Source of the DNA: Antechinus flavipes | Lineage: Eukaryota | Direction of reading: 5' to 3' | Assembly: GCF_016432865.1 (NCBI RefSeq) | Contig: NC_067403.1 | Coordinates: forward strand, 253,952,001-254,016,000 | DNA length: 64,000 nt | Shown here: positions 48,101 through 61,654 of the stretch, in pieces | Numbering within the stretch: position 1 is the stretch's first letter | Layout of the letters: every line of letters begins with the position of its first letter | Made by a program: the position numbers and the translations under genes | The notes under the pieces: model-generated | Told to the model about the DNA's origin: nothing | What the model saw: the letters and a program-made list of their open reading frames with translations, nothing else | The model's database searches: none

Positions 48101-50338
48101 ATGATTGGCTCTGGAGGCTGAGTCAAGGATGACTGGTTTGTGAGCCTCGGGGACTGGAACAGTGGGGGTGTCCTCAACAGTAAAGGGGGAGTTAGGAAGA
48201 GGAAGGTTTGGGAGAAAGATAATGAGTTATGTGGAGTCAGCAGAGAAGTTAGGGCAGAAAAGGTAGGTTTGGGAATTGTTTGCAACAAGGTTGTCATTAA
48301 GTCCATGGCAGCTAATGAGTTCCCCAAGGGAGAGAGTATGGAGGAAGAAGAGCAGAGGGCCCAGGAGCTCCCCACTGAAGCCACTGACCTGCCCCGGGAC
48401 AACACAAGAGACATACGTTGGTATGGCCCTTGGTACTTTTCTGGGGCTTCTGTGATTCATTTTAAACCAACAACCCGTCAGGGAGATGGAGCACGTGCCT
48501 GATACCTTCGAGACAGGGATTATATAACTTGGCCAGCGCCACCCGATGATTCCAGAGCTGGGTCCGTAGCCCACGGTCTGTCCTTTGTTAGGATACGTTA
48601 GAAACAGTCCCCAACATGAGACACCCTGGCCCCAAGAGTCCGGGGTAAGCGGGAACCCGAGGAGTGTTAGCGCAGGGGAGGCCCCAGGACACATCCTTCT
48701 CCAGCTCCTTTTACAGAGAAGGGAACTGAGGCAGGCGGAGGCTGAGTGCCTTTCCCAGGCTCGCCAGCCCCCGAGCCATCCAGCCCCCTCTGCTGTTTCT
48801 GAGGAAACCCTTCTTGTTGTTGGATGGGGGTTGGGCATCAAAGCCTTGGCGCTCAGCGTTGTCCGGGAATTCACCAGGTGGCCCTCGCGCCTCTTTTCTC
48901 GGCCCCTTCAGCCTGCCTGCTTCAGATGGAGCCCGTGAACTATGAGCGAGTGAGAGAGTACAGTCAGAAGGTCTTGGAGCGCCAGCCTTCCAACGCCAAG
49001 GCCCTCTACCGGGCAGGGGTGGCCTCCTTCCACCTGCAGGACTATGACCAGGCCCGACGCTACCTTCAGGCCGCCACTGACCGGCAGCCAAAAGGTGAGC
49101 CGGAGGAGCTGGGGTGTGGGGGGAGAGTGCAGTCGTGGGGCTCAAACGCATCTGCCCAAAGGGAACGGGAAGAGGGTTCGAGGTCCTTGAGGCCCTGATG
49201 GGGGGAGACCTGCATTCTCAAGGGTGGATCAGTTTATCCTTTGTGCTTTCCTGTCCCTTTCCCATCTGCCTTTGGGCCTCTTGGTGACCGTAGGAATGAC
49301 CTCAAAAGAGGGCAGCCTTCCCAACAGCCAGCTTCTGTCTCTGGCATCCAAGAGGGACCTCGGTACCGGCGCCAGACTTTGGGCTCCGGTCCCGAGGGCT
49401 TTTCTCGGCTTGGACCTCAGAGTTCGTCGGTGTAGGGAGTGCCACTCCTCAGGGAACAGATTTTTTCTTTCACCTATGATCTGCGATCCAAAGCCTGAGT
49501 CTTGCAGGGAAAGTAAAGTGACTTGACCAGGGTCACCCAACCAGACAGGGCCAAAGGCTCAAAGCAGGGCTTCTGGAACCCAGGTTTGTCCTTTACTACC
49601 CCGGTCTTCCTCTTTCTCTGAGAAACCTAGCGAAAGGATAGAACTCTCTAACAGCTCATTTGGAAGAGCTAGTCTCAATTAATAAAAAAAGCAAACTGGA
49701 GGACGTTCTTCTGATGAAGAGTTACTGGTTTCAAAGGGAGGCCCCTAAATCTCCCAGACAAGCTCCCTACGAAGGTCTGTTTCCATGAAGAGTGAATGGC
49801 TCATAATTAACATCTCACCCTGACATAAAGGAAGCATCGAAGGTGGTTTAAAAGCTATTTGCCCTCATAAAGGACGAAAACATTTAGATGTTCTTGCTTC
49901 CAAAACAAAGATCCAGCCTTCACTCCTTAAAAAATAAATAAATAAGCAAGCCTCCAGATTAATGAACTTGAATCCGAATCTGATTTTTCTGGGCCCTGTA
50001 TAGTCAGGATGTTCTTATCTCTTAGAGCAGGGATGGGGAACCTTTTTCCTGCCAGGGGCCAGCTAGTTACCTCAAGCAGTGGTGGGGTTTATACCAGCTT
50101 CAGCTCATCTTCTAGGTTTGTCTCAGGCCTTGCAAGTTCCCTAGCCATCTTAGAGGGCTGTAGGAAGGTTTGGGATTATTCACATCTGCTTCCTCCTCCC
50201 CGGAGACTCGAATTACTTCATTTCTTTTTTTTTTCTTCCCAAGATGCCAATGTCCGGCGATACCTGCAGCGGACAGAATCGGAACTAAGCAGCTACCACC
50301 AAAAGGAAAAACAGCTTTACATGGGCATGTTTGGTTAG
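45106..50338 (+). CDS. TTC9C: Tetratricopeptide repeat protein 9C, 171 aa
   Basis: Exons 45106-45343, 48912-49094, 50244-50338 (516 nt): MERRLREAQQYKEEGNQRY...DCYNNLAACLLQMEPVNYERV...KEKQLYMGMFG*. Confidence 0.97.
47570..48390 (-). mobile_element. L2 element in TTC9C intron
   Basis: aagcacctactatgtgccaggc...gccctcaaggagct (reverse L2 3' end), then purine-rich L2 body (gcagctaatgagttcccc). Boundaries approximate. Confidence 0.75.
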
Positions 50339-53300
50339 CCCAGAGCCAGAGCCTTCTTCGGCCCTCCTTGGAGTCCCCATGCCCTCCTCCCCAGCCTCCC
50401 CGACCCGGAAGCGGGGGCTTCAAGCAGTCACCTGTGGCGTACCTCGGCTGGCCTTTGGTTCCCAGCCCTGCACAAACCCGTCCTTTTACACAACCCGGAT
50501 CTTCCTTTTCCTCGCCGTCTCTGTTTCCGTCCGGCATCACTGTTGTAGCCTTGCGGACGTTTACTATGGGGAACCCCAGAACAAGCCTCCCGGATGAAGG
50601 TGGGATAAATGATCTCAACCAACCACACATTCCAGGAAATGGATGGGGGAGACTCATCCGTCCGCAGGCTTTCACAGGGCTGGCAAAAGGTGGTATAGGA
50701 AGGCCGGCCCGGAACCAGGCTTCTGCTCTGCTTCCCTAAAGATCCAAGGCAGTGGAATCCCCTTGGGGATTATGGGTATTTGGATGGCATCAAGGGACGC
50801 CTGATAGGCTGTAATGCTCTTTCTGGGCCACAAATTGGAATCGGAGATTAGACCCAACTGTATTAAAACTTAACGTTAGGACGATCATTTTTCCCCCCTG
50901 GGTCACACTGATGCAACTCTCTGATGCCCCAGGAATAATGACTGTTTACCCGACTGTGACATCTGAGCCCTGCTTTTCCCTTCTGGTCTCTGCTTCTGTT
51001 TTCTACACAATAAGCATTTCTTGCCGAAGTCTATGTGAGCCTCATAAATGAACCCCATTCATTCGACTACAGTAGCAAAGTGACCACACAAAGCTGGCCT
51101 CTAGGGAAATGGCTGAAGCAGTCTCAGTCCATCCCCAGCCTTCCAGAACATTGTTCTCTGTCCCCTAGTAGTCCCTGTATTTTTTTCAAGTGCCTCTCTC
51201 CCTCCAAGGACTTGAATGGCAGAAAAAGGGGATGAGAAGCCCCCAGGATACTGGCGCTGCACAAAGGGCGGGCTGCTGGGCCTCAGACAGTGCTTCTCTG
51301 ATCAGCTTGTCAGCCTTTTTTTTTTTTTTTTTCATAATTGACTGAATACAATTGGTATCCTTTGTAATCCTGTGTATTTTGTGTATTTAAAAACATTATT
51401 TTGAGTTGGTGTGGTTGCTCTGTGGTTGGGGGTGGGGGTGGGGTCTTTATCAGACCCCTATACTGTTCATTGGGTCCTGTGCCAAGCCAAAACACACGGC
51501 TGTTTGTAGCAAGGCTCTTAGGGGCCAGGGGATGTCATCTCTCACATCACACAATCTATACTCATCCTCGTGCTTGAAAAGGCTCGCGCTCCTGATGCTA
51601 ATGTGGGTGACCGCCTTTACACACCTGCTGAAAGCATTTGGTCCAAAGATTCACCCACTGGCAGCTAGACTCGTGATGGAAGCGTGGCTGGGCCCAAGCT
51701 CGGTCTACACTCATCGGCCGAGGGACGCTTCCATACTACGGCCCAGTCAAAAAATAAATCCTGGGAAATCTGCCCAGTCTGTGTCAGTTCGTCGTGTCCT
51801 TTGTCAGTAATGCCCCTTTCTCCCAGCCCTTCCTCTTATTCATGAGAACACTAGCTCACACTGGCCACGAAAATGTGTTTCTGCCCAAAGGAGCTTTGGG
51901 GGAAATTTAGAAAGGGAAGTAAGTCCAGATATTTCCTTTTAAATTGATAGCATTTAATTTCTCTTCCTATTTTTTAAATTCTATAGATAATGACAAACTC
52001 TTATTTGATTTATAAAGAAATTCACGTATAATGAAAATGTTCCTTTTATTTGAGACTCCTCACAGAACTGAGGGCAAAAAAGAGCCTTAGAAATCACCTA
52101 GTCTCACATCCCCCCTTCAACAGAAAGGAAATGGGCCCGGAAGGCAGATGTTTGCCCAGATCCAAATAGGATTGCCGCTAAGACCTGAATGTGAGTATCT
52201 GGACCTCCTCTTCACATCACCTTTCCTTCCAGGCTGCCAAGAAGTAACATGGGGATATGGGTGGTATTGCCATGGCACAAAGGCATGTGGAGAAGGAAAA
52301 ATCCAGGCGTCATGAAGCACGCGGCCTGACCGGGACGACCCAGAAGTGGGGCCGAGGGGCCAGAAAGCCAAGCCCTGGAATCTGCACAGCCGGGCTCCTT
52401 ATCAGCTGACTGAGCTGTGGGGGGAATTAAGAAAGAGAAGTAACTTGGGGTTGCTGGGCCAAAGACCCTAATGAATGATGTGGAGCATCTGAAAAGAGAT
52501 TGTGAGAAAAAAGGAAAGGGAGCAAGAGGTTTCCTAAGCAGGAATGGAAAAGGGACATGGGAAAACCCTCAGCGAGAAAAATGCCTCCAACATTACAGTT
52601 CCATCACAGCTAGAACTAATCTGAGCTAAAGGGGAAAGGAAAGGAAGGTCTAAGGGCAGTTCTGAGCTTTTTCCTTTGTTGAGACCTGGGAAGCTGCTTA
52701 ATGCCAATGAACTTCCATTCCAGTCCCACTGTATTCTGGGTTAGAACAGGAATTGAAACTTGTTAGCAATTTCCAAGCTGGAAATAATCAAGTTATTAAA
52801 GGGACGTAATGTAATGTTTCAATTCAATAAAGCGGGAAGATTTTTGACTCAACCCAAGTCCCTTTTTAGCCATCGGGACAGTCCAAAAATAGAATGGTAT
52901 ACCTTGTAATTACGAGTGGCTCGTTAGTGGTCATCAGGTGATAACTAGAAAATCTTCAGTCTCACCCCCATGAAAACTAGAGATGAGGAAACAGGTACAG
53001 ATTGGAAGTGACTTGTCCAGGCCAAGGAGCAGATGGAAATTGAAATCCAAAACCCGGGACTCTAGATCTTTTACTTGCCCATCCCTCCTCCCACTGTTTA
53101 AGCAGAGGCTTAATGCCTCCCTTTCGGCAATGGGACAGACAGAGAGGACTCCTTCAGAGGACAGAAGATTGGACTGGAAAACCAAGTCCCAAGAGTCTAG
53201 GACTTCGGAGTCTGAATGGGGATGTTTCAGATGCGCAGGAAGCTCTCCACCGCCGTGATGTAAACTGGCCCCTGCTTCGTGACTGCCACCCTCACCCACA

Positions 53301-54488
53301 CAGGCCCAGATTTCATTCATTTCCCTCCCTGCCTCCTCCCAAGTGTCCTGGCAGCCTCGGCAAGAACCTCTTCAGGTCACCCGAGGTGGACAATTGGTGG
53401 GTACTTTGAAATAAGTCAGCCACTGGTCATGGAGAACTTTAGAATTTAAGCTCTCTAAATATAAGGTTCCCCAGGGCTGCCTCCCAACATTCCAGCCCCT
53501 CCCCAGGGACAGAAAGCCAAAGGAGCTGGCTTTGAGAAGGGGACGTTGTGAGACAAAACTCAAGATGCTCCAGGGAGAAGTCAGAGTCTCTTCCACCTGC
53601 TGGGGATCTCTCAGGCAGACAGGAAAGGAGACTAGGTCTAGACTAAGATCTTGGCGTCCTCTCTCCCTTGCAAGTCATCGGTCACAGGACACGTCCCTCC
53701 CTCTTTGTCCCCCATTTCCACAGATTCTTCACTCACGGTGTGGCCAGCTCATCGAGGCCTTCGACCTCAGCCCCAAGCGTCACCTAGGAGCTGTCTGCTG
53801 CACAAACTGACCGGCTAGCTGCAGCCCAGACACTCATGGGATTCAATCCCCTGCCCTAATTAGGCTGTATTTTTTCTAGCTAAAACTCACTTTGCAGCTG
53901 TTGTCCCTTGTTGGCCACCTGACTCCCCCCCCCCAGCCACCCCTCCTCCCCCAGGCCAGATGCTTGGAAGGTCTTAGGAGCCATCAACATTAGGCCCATT
54001 TGTCCAGGGTGGGGAAAAAACCAGCCAAGACCACTTCATAGAAAGGGTTTCACTTTCACATTTATGGCCCAGGCAATAAGACAATACGTGGAGTGGCAAG
54101 TAACAGCTTCTAGGGAACTTTCTGAAGGCCACGGTGCTCTCTGATTGCTAATGAAATGGGCCTCTGTGCCTCCAAAACCCAGGGAGGGAATAGGGAGCCG
54201 GTTCGGAGAAATGGGAGAGCAAGGCCCAGCCCAAGCTAGCTTCTAGGCTCTCCCACCCACAGGGCAGGATGAGATTAATGCTGCCCTTTCACCTGTGGCT
54301 GAGCATGGACACCACAGCAGCCCAACCCCCACACCCACCTTCCCCCCGCAGCACGGGGATGACCTCCCTGCCTTCCCTTCTCTCAAAGGGGACTCCGCTC
54401 CCCAGACAGTCCCAGGGGCTGAGTCCCGGGCTCTTGGGGTGCCCCCTCCCACTCCCCAGGCTGCAGTCAGAGAGCCAGGGGCGCACAC

Positions 54489-55895
54489 CTAGGAGGGGGC
54501 AGCTTCGGGGTCGGGCTTGCTGCGTTTGGCCAAGTCCTCGTTGTGGGCCTTGCGGATGTGGCGGTACAGGTCTCCCGACTGCGTGTAGCTCCGCAGGCAG
54601 TAGCGGCACTCATAGGGCCGCTCCCTGGTGTGCACGGTCGCGTGGCGCCTCAGGGTGTAGGAACAGGAGAAGGTCTTCCCACACATCTTGCACGTGGGGA
54701 CATCCTCCATGAAAACCCCGAAGCCCCCTGAGGCCACTTCGTACTCCGGAGGCAAGTAGAGAGACTCGTGCAGGCCGCTGGGTGCGGGTGGAGGTGGGGT
54801 CACCAGCCCGGGGTGATAGTGCCCAGGGCCAGCTAACAGGTGGTAGGGAAGGTGAGCATCGGGGGCCACAAAGTGGTCGGCCAGCCCTCCCTCCTCGGGC
54901 CCAGGGCCCCCCGCAGCCGGAGCCTCTTCAAGTGCTTCAGGTGGGGCATAGCGGTTCCGACTGGCTACTCCCAGCAAGAAAAATCCCTCGGATGCCCGCG
55001 GCCTCTCCTCTGGCCCCTCGGCCTCCTCGTCCGAGATCACGATGGCCTCCACCTTCACCTGCACGGGCTCGGCCTCTCCCGGGGCTGGGGCTGGCGGAGG
55101 GGGGTAGAACGCCTCTACTGGCCCACTAGGTTCTCGTGGGCCCCCGATCCCTGTGTTCTCCGGATCCACCTCCAGGGACCCTGGGGGCTCCCCCGGGGCA
55201 GCCCCGAGACTGAGGGAAAAGTAGGAGGCGGGCACTGCTTCCGTGGAGCTGGTAGGGCTGGAAAGGGAGCCTTCCACCACGGGAGCCTCTATGCCGGGCT
55301 GGGTGGTGTCTGCGACGTCGGGCCCTGGGGGTTCTTCGGCGTGGGGGGCGGCGGGCGGGGCAGGGGCCGGGGCGGGCCCTTTCCATTGGTCCTGGTCCCT
55401 CCAGCTGGGCGTCTCGGGGGGCGGGGGCATGGGCGCGAGGCCGCGGGAGGTGCTGGGCAGTGGCTCCGGAGTGGCCGGCTGCACCCAGGGCTCCTCCTCC
55501 TTCTTGGTGCTGTCGGCCTCGGCCAGGGCCCGGGCCTGCAGCCGCCGCTTGCAGACCTTGACGATGTCATTCATGTGCAGGTAGCTGGCGGCGGCCAGCA
55601 CGTCCTCCACGGGCGTGTCCCCGCGCAGGGCCAGCTGGCCGGCGTACATGAAGTCCAGCAGCAGCCCGAAGGCGGGCGCCGTGACGATCTCGTTGTGGAT
55701 GCACACCAGGTCCCACTTGTCCAGGTCCCGCTCCTTGTAGAAGAGCTGGAAGAAGGGGCTGCACGAGGCCAGCACGGCCCGGTGCGCCTGGAACGGCGTG
55801 CTGCCCACGAGCACCGTGCAGTCGCACAGGAAGCCCTGGGAGCGCTGCTCCCGGAGGCTCTGCAACAGCTGCTCGCTGTGCCCGGGGAACTCCAT
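54489..55895 (-). CDS. ZBTB3: Zinc finger and BTB domain-containing protein 3, 468 aa
   Basis: Single coding exon: BTB ([28 protein letters not shown]...[12 protein letters not shown]), [12 protein letters not shown], two C2H2 fingers linked by HTRERPYEC. Upstream exon donor at 56506. Confidence 0.97.
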   Translation of the reverse strand: MEFPGHSEQLLQSLREQRSQGFLCDCTVLVGSTPFQAHRAVLASCSPFFQLFYKERDLDKWDLVCIHNEIVTAPAFGLLLDFMYAGQLALRGDTPVEDVLAAASYLHMNDIVKVCKRRLQARALAEADSTKKEEEPWVQPATPEPLPSTSRGLAPMPPPPETPSWRDQDQWKGPAPAPAPPAAPHAEEPPGPDVADTTQPGIEAPVVEGSLSSPTSSTEAVPASYFSLSLGAAPGEPPGSLEVDPENTGIGGPREPSGPVEAFYPPPPAPAPGEAEPVQVKVEAIVISDEEAEGPEERPRASEGFFLLGVASRNRYAPPEALEEAPAAGGPGPEEGGLADHFVAPDAHLPYHLLAGPGHYHPGLVTPPPPAPSGLHESLYLPPEYEVASGGFGVFMEDVPTCKMCGKTFSCSYTLRRHATVHTRERPYECRYCLRSYTQSGDLYRHIRKAHNEDLAKRSKPDPEAAPS

Positions 55896-56884
55896 GGAAC
55901 CTGGCCGGGGGACCCCGGGGCCCTGGGGAGAGAGGGAAGCCACAGGACATGAGCACGGGGACGGCCCATCGGAGCCCTAGCTCTAGTCAGCCCAAGGCGG
56001 CCCACCTAGCGGTCCAGGGATCAGCTCACACGCTCCCCAAAGCCCCGCCCACCCGCCCACCAGGACAGCCTCGGAGCCCCGCCCCCTGCCGGGGACCACC
56101 ACGCCCCGGAAAAACCGGCCCCCCGGAAGTCCCGCCCCCCGCAGGGCCCCTCACTCCTCGGCAGTGCCCAACCCGTAGCCCCCCCGCCTCCCCGCCCGGG
56201 AGTTCTCTGTGCTCCCAGACCCTTTCCCCGAGGCGCTCCTCCAACCCAGACCAGGAACTCCCCAAGACCCCTTCCTCTCGCATCCCGGTGGGAATGGGGA
56301 GTCCCGGGGGTGGGAACGAGCAGAAGAAACTGATCCCTCACCCACCACCGAGCAGCGGCCTGGAGAACCCCGCCCCTTTCCCCACCCCCCTTCGTTATTA
56401 TTGGCCGAGGGTCGCCGTTCTTCGATTCTGATTGGTCGGCACGCCCCCGCCCTCGAGGCGGCAGCGGCCTCCAGATGGGCGCGAGGCGACATCGCTCACG
56501 CTTACCCGTCACCTGATTGCCCCCACCCGCTGTCATTTCTCTGCTTCCTCATCCCGCCCCGTTTCATCAATGCCTTCGTTGATTAGCGGAGGGAGCAGGG
56601 GCGGGGTTGGGGGGGAGGAGGGCTCGGAGCCGTAGGGCGGGACCTGCGTGGGACTAATTTACACTCCCCCAGCTCCTCCCCGCTGCTTACAGCTTATTGG
56701 CCCCTCAACCTCCCCACAAGCTCCTAAAAACAGGACCCCCTTTGCTTTCTGCGGGGTCGGCGTTCTCCCCTCCCCCCGCTGCAATCTCCGTTTGTGATGC
56801 AAAGGCCGCTTCCCCCAGTATCTCGTCCCTCTTCCTCCGAGGGCAGCTTTGCTTTGAAAGGTAGTGAGGTCCCCAGCCCCAGAA

Positions 56885-57010
56885 GTATCCAAACATGGGC
56901 AGGGAAATGCTAGATTTGGGTTCGAATCTCTGCTCTTGCACTTAGGCAGGCAAGTCACTTCATCTCTGCCTCAGTTCCCTCATCTGTTAAATGAGGGTGA
57001 GACAGAAATT
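56885..57010 (+). mobile_element. MIR/core-SINE remnant
   Basis: gggttcgaatc...ggcaagtcactt..tctctgcctcagttccctcatctgttaaatgagg. Similar MIR remnants at about 1790-1880, 5800-5930, 18350-18480, 23980-24200, 52950-53080 and 58270-58420. Confidence 0.75.
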
Positions 57011-60000
57011 GACCAGAGCCTTAAGAGCTTGGGCTGCCTGCTCAGGGACTGGATGCCCTGCCCCCTTGCTGAGCCTGACCAAAGTCCTCTGACCCAGCGA
57101 GGCTTGCCCCCGAGGCAGCCCCTGCTTCAGCCTGGGATCGATGCCCTTCGACCAGGGCTCTGTGGGAGACAATAAAGTGGCTCCCCCTCCCTTCTCCCCC
57201 CTCCCTCTTCTCACCTCCTTGGGGGGTCCACTCAAAATAGGCTCCACCCTTTAAAAAAAACTAGTGCTTTTCATAACTTCATTTGTGGTTTTTTAACGGG
57301 AATTGGGGATGGGGACAAGGGAGAGAATCTGGAACTCAAAAGTTTAAAAAACAAATGGGAAAAAATTGTTTTAAATGAGACTGAGGAAAAGATTAAATTA
57401 ATTAAAACGCAAACAAAAGTTAATTTCTTGAAGAAAAAAATAATACTTATTATTCCCCAGTTACGTGGGAAACCAGTTTTTAACACTTGTTTTTAAAACT
57501 TTTGAGCACCGGATTCTTTCTTTTTCTCCCCCCCATTGAGACAACGAGAAATAGAAATTCTCCGCGTGTGTTTACCTCCAACTTTTTCATTACACTGGGG
57601 TTGCGAAAGAACGCTCCACCCTTTCTGATCAGGAAGCAAACAGCTGAGTTACAATCCCTTGATTAATTCGAGTCAATTGATGCTTGACAACCAGGCTTGA
57701 GTAAGCAGCAACAGCTGAGGAAGAGGACCTCATCCTCGCAATTAGCGGCTCCTGGGCCAGCCGGGAAAGCGCTCAGGTCCTGCCCTGATATTATCCTGGG
57801 ACAGGATTTCCTCACCGACCCACTTGCAGAAGAAACTGTGAGACTGAGTTTCATTTTTGTATTTTGGCGTCTAATGATTGTTCTAGAATATCGGAGGAAA
57901 GGGCCAGATCCGGTAATAGAAATCGGAATAATGGGAAGAATCGGGGTTTGTCTCCTCCCCCTCCCTCCGACCCCCGCAACTCCGGCAGAAAGCAACCCCC
58001 TTTTAGAGATGTCCTGGACCAAATCCAAGAAAAAATCTCATTTGTGCAGCCCGAGTCTGCGGAGGGACACAGAGGGCTTTGTGGATACTGGGGAAGGCTT
58101 TGGCCGGGAGCGGGGTGAGCCAGAGCCGGGTGAGAGTGGAGTCCATGTCTCCTGGGGAGAGGAAACGGGACTCCCAGCAACCCTATGGGCACCAAGGAAG
58201 TCTAATTAGGCAGAAGACCCAGTCCAGAAAGTAGCCAGAGGGCTGGGCCTGGAATGGAACAAGCAGCACTTGATGGCTGTGTGACCCTGGGCCAGGTACT
58301 TTCTGTCCACCTCAGTTTCCCTAGCTGTAAAATGAGGGCAACGAGAGCCCCTGACTCGAAGGTTGCTTTGGTTTTTCAAATCGGATAATATTTGTAAAAT
58401 GCTTTGCAAAGCAGGAAAGGACTATGGAAATGTTACCCGTTCTTACCTTGCCTAACCAGCTCCTTCCTCATCACCAGGGTCTGCTGCCCCTGTGCACTAG
58501 GAGGAGCCTCGCAGACGGTCCTTGTTATGGCCGGGGGACCACCACTGCAAGACTCAGAGGAGCTTCCATCTGAGGACCCGACCCAAGGGGAGCTAAGCGT
58601 AAGAGTTGTCTCCCACCATCCACAGGGGCTGCAGAGAGTGAGGTCCCAGAACTGAAAAGGGGCTTGGGACTTTTTAAAGCAAACATCTGTATTTTACAGA
58701 TCAAGTAACAGACCAAGACACTTCCTAGCTGCATGACTCTGCTTGCCTCAGTTTCCTTTATTCAGTAGAATAAAGGGCTTGGACCTCCAGTTCTAAATCC
58801 ATGCCCTCTTGAGGCATTCATGCCCCACAACCCACAGGGCAGCCCCCAGATCCCCTGCTGACTGACTAAACAATTAGCGCCAAAACAAAGACGTCCAATG
58901 CAAAGACAGAATTCAGGTCCTACGTTCAAGCCAGATCAAGTCAACAGGTCTTTAAAGGTCTGCTGCCCTACTGTGTGCCAGGACCTGGGGATGCAAAAAA
59001 AAGAAAAAAAGATCTGTCCTCAGAAAATTCAGACAGAGACAACAAGCAAACAATTCTAGACAAACCAGTGATCTCCCCAATAAACTGGGAAGCCTCAGTG
59101 GAGAGAGAGGGTCCTAAGACGAAAGCGCCTTTCCCAAGGGCAATGCTCTTACACTTCCAAATTCAGCACCATTCCTTCATTACTGAGCCTTATTTTAAAA
59201 TTCCAACCGAATATTTTGCAATTGAAATTGTTCCTCTTTCTCCCATCTTTCTTCCTCCATGGGGAAAAAAGAAAAGAAAAATATTACTGATGACAGTCTA
59301 TAGAGGGCCACAGAGAGTGGGGGGGGGAACTCTGGGTAAGGTATAAGAAAGACTCTTTAGCCTAGAAGAAACCCACTAACAATATCTGAACTTAGTGCTA
59401 CCCCCTTGGGATGGAAATTTGAAGATAAAACAGGAGTTTTTACTCCTTTTATAGTTTAAAAAAATCCCCATCAATCTGTGGGGAAGAGAATCTTACAACA
59501 GTTAGGATTATAATTGAGTATGTCGGCTTTGTTGAAGGTCTGCCTGTACTTTCACCTGTTCTCATTTAATGGAAATCTGTGTGAGTGGAACAGTGGCCCT
59601 TAGCGAGTGATAGAATTCAGGCCTTATTAGATACAGTGCAAGAGCAACTAGACCAAGGACAACCTTCTCTAAGTCCTTGGGATTCCCTTGTATTTGCTAT
59701 AAAAAAGAGACCAGAGGGAAATGGGGAGCCACACCGGACATTGTCAGCGGGTTTCCTCTAAAGGGTCTTATACCTTACCCAGCGTTCCCCCACTCTCTGC
59801 AGCGACCAAACGGTCTACAACAGTCGACCAAAACAAACTGTCATACTGGCCGTAGACCAGGTGTGTCCTTCTGCCCCCGAGTTCATCACCTGTTGGGCAG
59901 TAGGGAGGGAGCATGTTTGTAGAGCTGTGGTTGGTCCCTGTTGTGATCAGAATTCTTTCAGAATTGTTTTTCTTTATAATATTATATAAATGTTCTGCCA

Positions 60001-61654
60001 TGGTTGAGGCAGAAGGTGATCAGGGCCTGCCCTTGGGTAAGGGCTGTGAAGGCAGAGGGATAGAACAGCAAGACCTGGTGGCAGGTTGACCCTGGGTGTG
60101 GGGTTGGGGATGAAGGAAATCTGGGAGGAGTCCAGGACGAGCCTGGGAGTCCCACCATGCCCTGACCCAACAGAAGAGCTCGAACTGGGGGGAAAGAGCA
60201 GGAGGAGCTCTCCTCTGCTCAAATCCTGCTTTTCTAGTCTTCAGACCCCAAGCTTTAAGAGTCCTTGTGAAGAAGGTCCTTTGTAAGATCCCTCTCCTTT
60301 GGCCAGGCTTTTCCCTTTCAGCTTAAATATCCACCAGGAGGGAGCTGGCTAACCCAACGGGGGTCCATTCAGAGAGCAATGAAGATGGACCAGGGCGTGG
60401 ATGGCCACCCTTTGATCTTTGAGGCCTTCCCTCACTGCTCTCCTCATACCTTCCCTCCCAATTATTTTGCTTTCCATGCATCATTTCCCAGTGATCTTTG
60501 TAGATGGTTGTTCCACCACAATGTAAACTCCTTGAGGGCAGGGGCTGTGCATGTCGGAGGACCTGGCCCACCAAAGCTGTCTGCTAAATGTCTGCTCCTT
60601 TGGATTGGCTGCATGGGAATTGTTGCAGGGTTTAGTTTCCACAGAGTTATAAAAATTAAATTAGAGAAATGCAGGGAAATGAAAACTAAATGAGAAAAAT
60701 GAAACGGAAACTTAAGAAATGGAGACTGAGGATGGAAACAAAACTACTAAAGAGACTGAACTAAGTCCAAACAAGCTGAAGGCCAAGGAAGAGGTAATGC
60801 TGTATTAGAAGGAAGAGACTTTAGACTCACATGGTAGAATTAGTCTCTCCAGACAGGTTGTAACCTTTTTGGTCCTCCGCCAAAGGGGAATCGGGGGAGG
60901 GACTTGCATTTTGGATGGAAAAAAGACATGTCTATTGGTTCCAAGTGTTCCTATTCTATAGGATCACCACCTCTGCAGTTGTGTAAAGACTTTTAACTTC
61001 ACCCTTCCTAAACCCAATGGACTTATTTCTCACCAGCATAGTTGGGGTAAAGAAAACCTTCCTGACAATAGGAGCCACCAGAAAATAAGAAGCTGGCCTT
61101 TGCTTGAGAAGTAGCTGATTTCTCTTGACTTGAAATCTTTAAGCAAAGACTTCTTGTTCATGGTGGGCGGAGATGGGCCGGATGAGCCATCTCGGAGGTC
61201 CCTTGGGATTCTGGGGTCCCAGGAATCTTGAGGGATGACGAGGGCGGACTCCACTGCTCTTCTTCGCGGTTTCCTCCGGGATGCTCTTCAGAACACAGGG
61301 ATGGAGCTTTGCTCAGTCAAACAGACCCCTCTGGAGCCTCTTCTGTAACAGGGACCCATGTCCATCCTTCCCCGATATCCTTTTAAAATATTTTCCCACC
61401 TCTTTTTCCACTTCTTTCCTAGTCCAAATATCCGTCCATGTATCTGCGTAGGCCGAAGGGATCGGGGTCTGGAAAGAGAAAGCTACACTCGCCCTATGAC
61501 CGCGGTGCTCGGGAGAAGAGGGTAAGAAAGCCCCTGCGAACTCCCCCTCGCCTTCCCGCCATGGCTCCAGTAAAGTTTTCTCCAGCTCCAGGAACCCGGA
61601 CTGGGGAAGGCTCTACCCAAACCCTAGCAGAACCTAGCAGCCTCCGAGGTCAAG

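Noticed and set aside
54840-55952. 370-aa + strand ORF
   Set aside because: Antisense shadow of the GC3-rich ZBTB3 coding exon.
57595-57640. Possible Pol III small RNA (GGTTGCGAAAG...)
   Set aside because: No proper A/B box pair, cloverleaf or oligo-T terminator.
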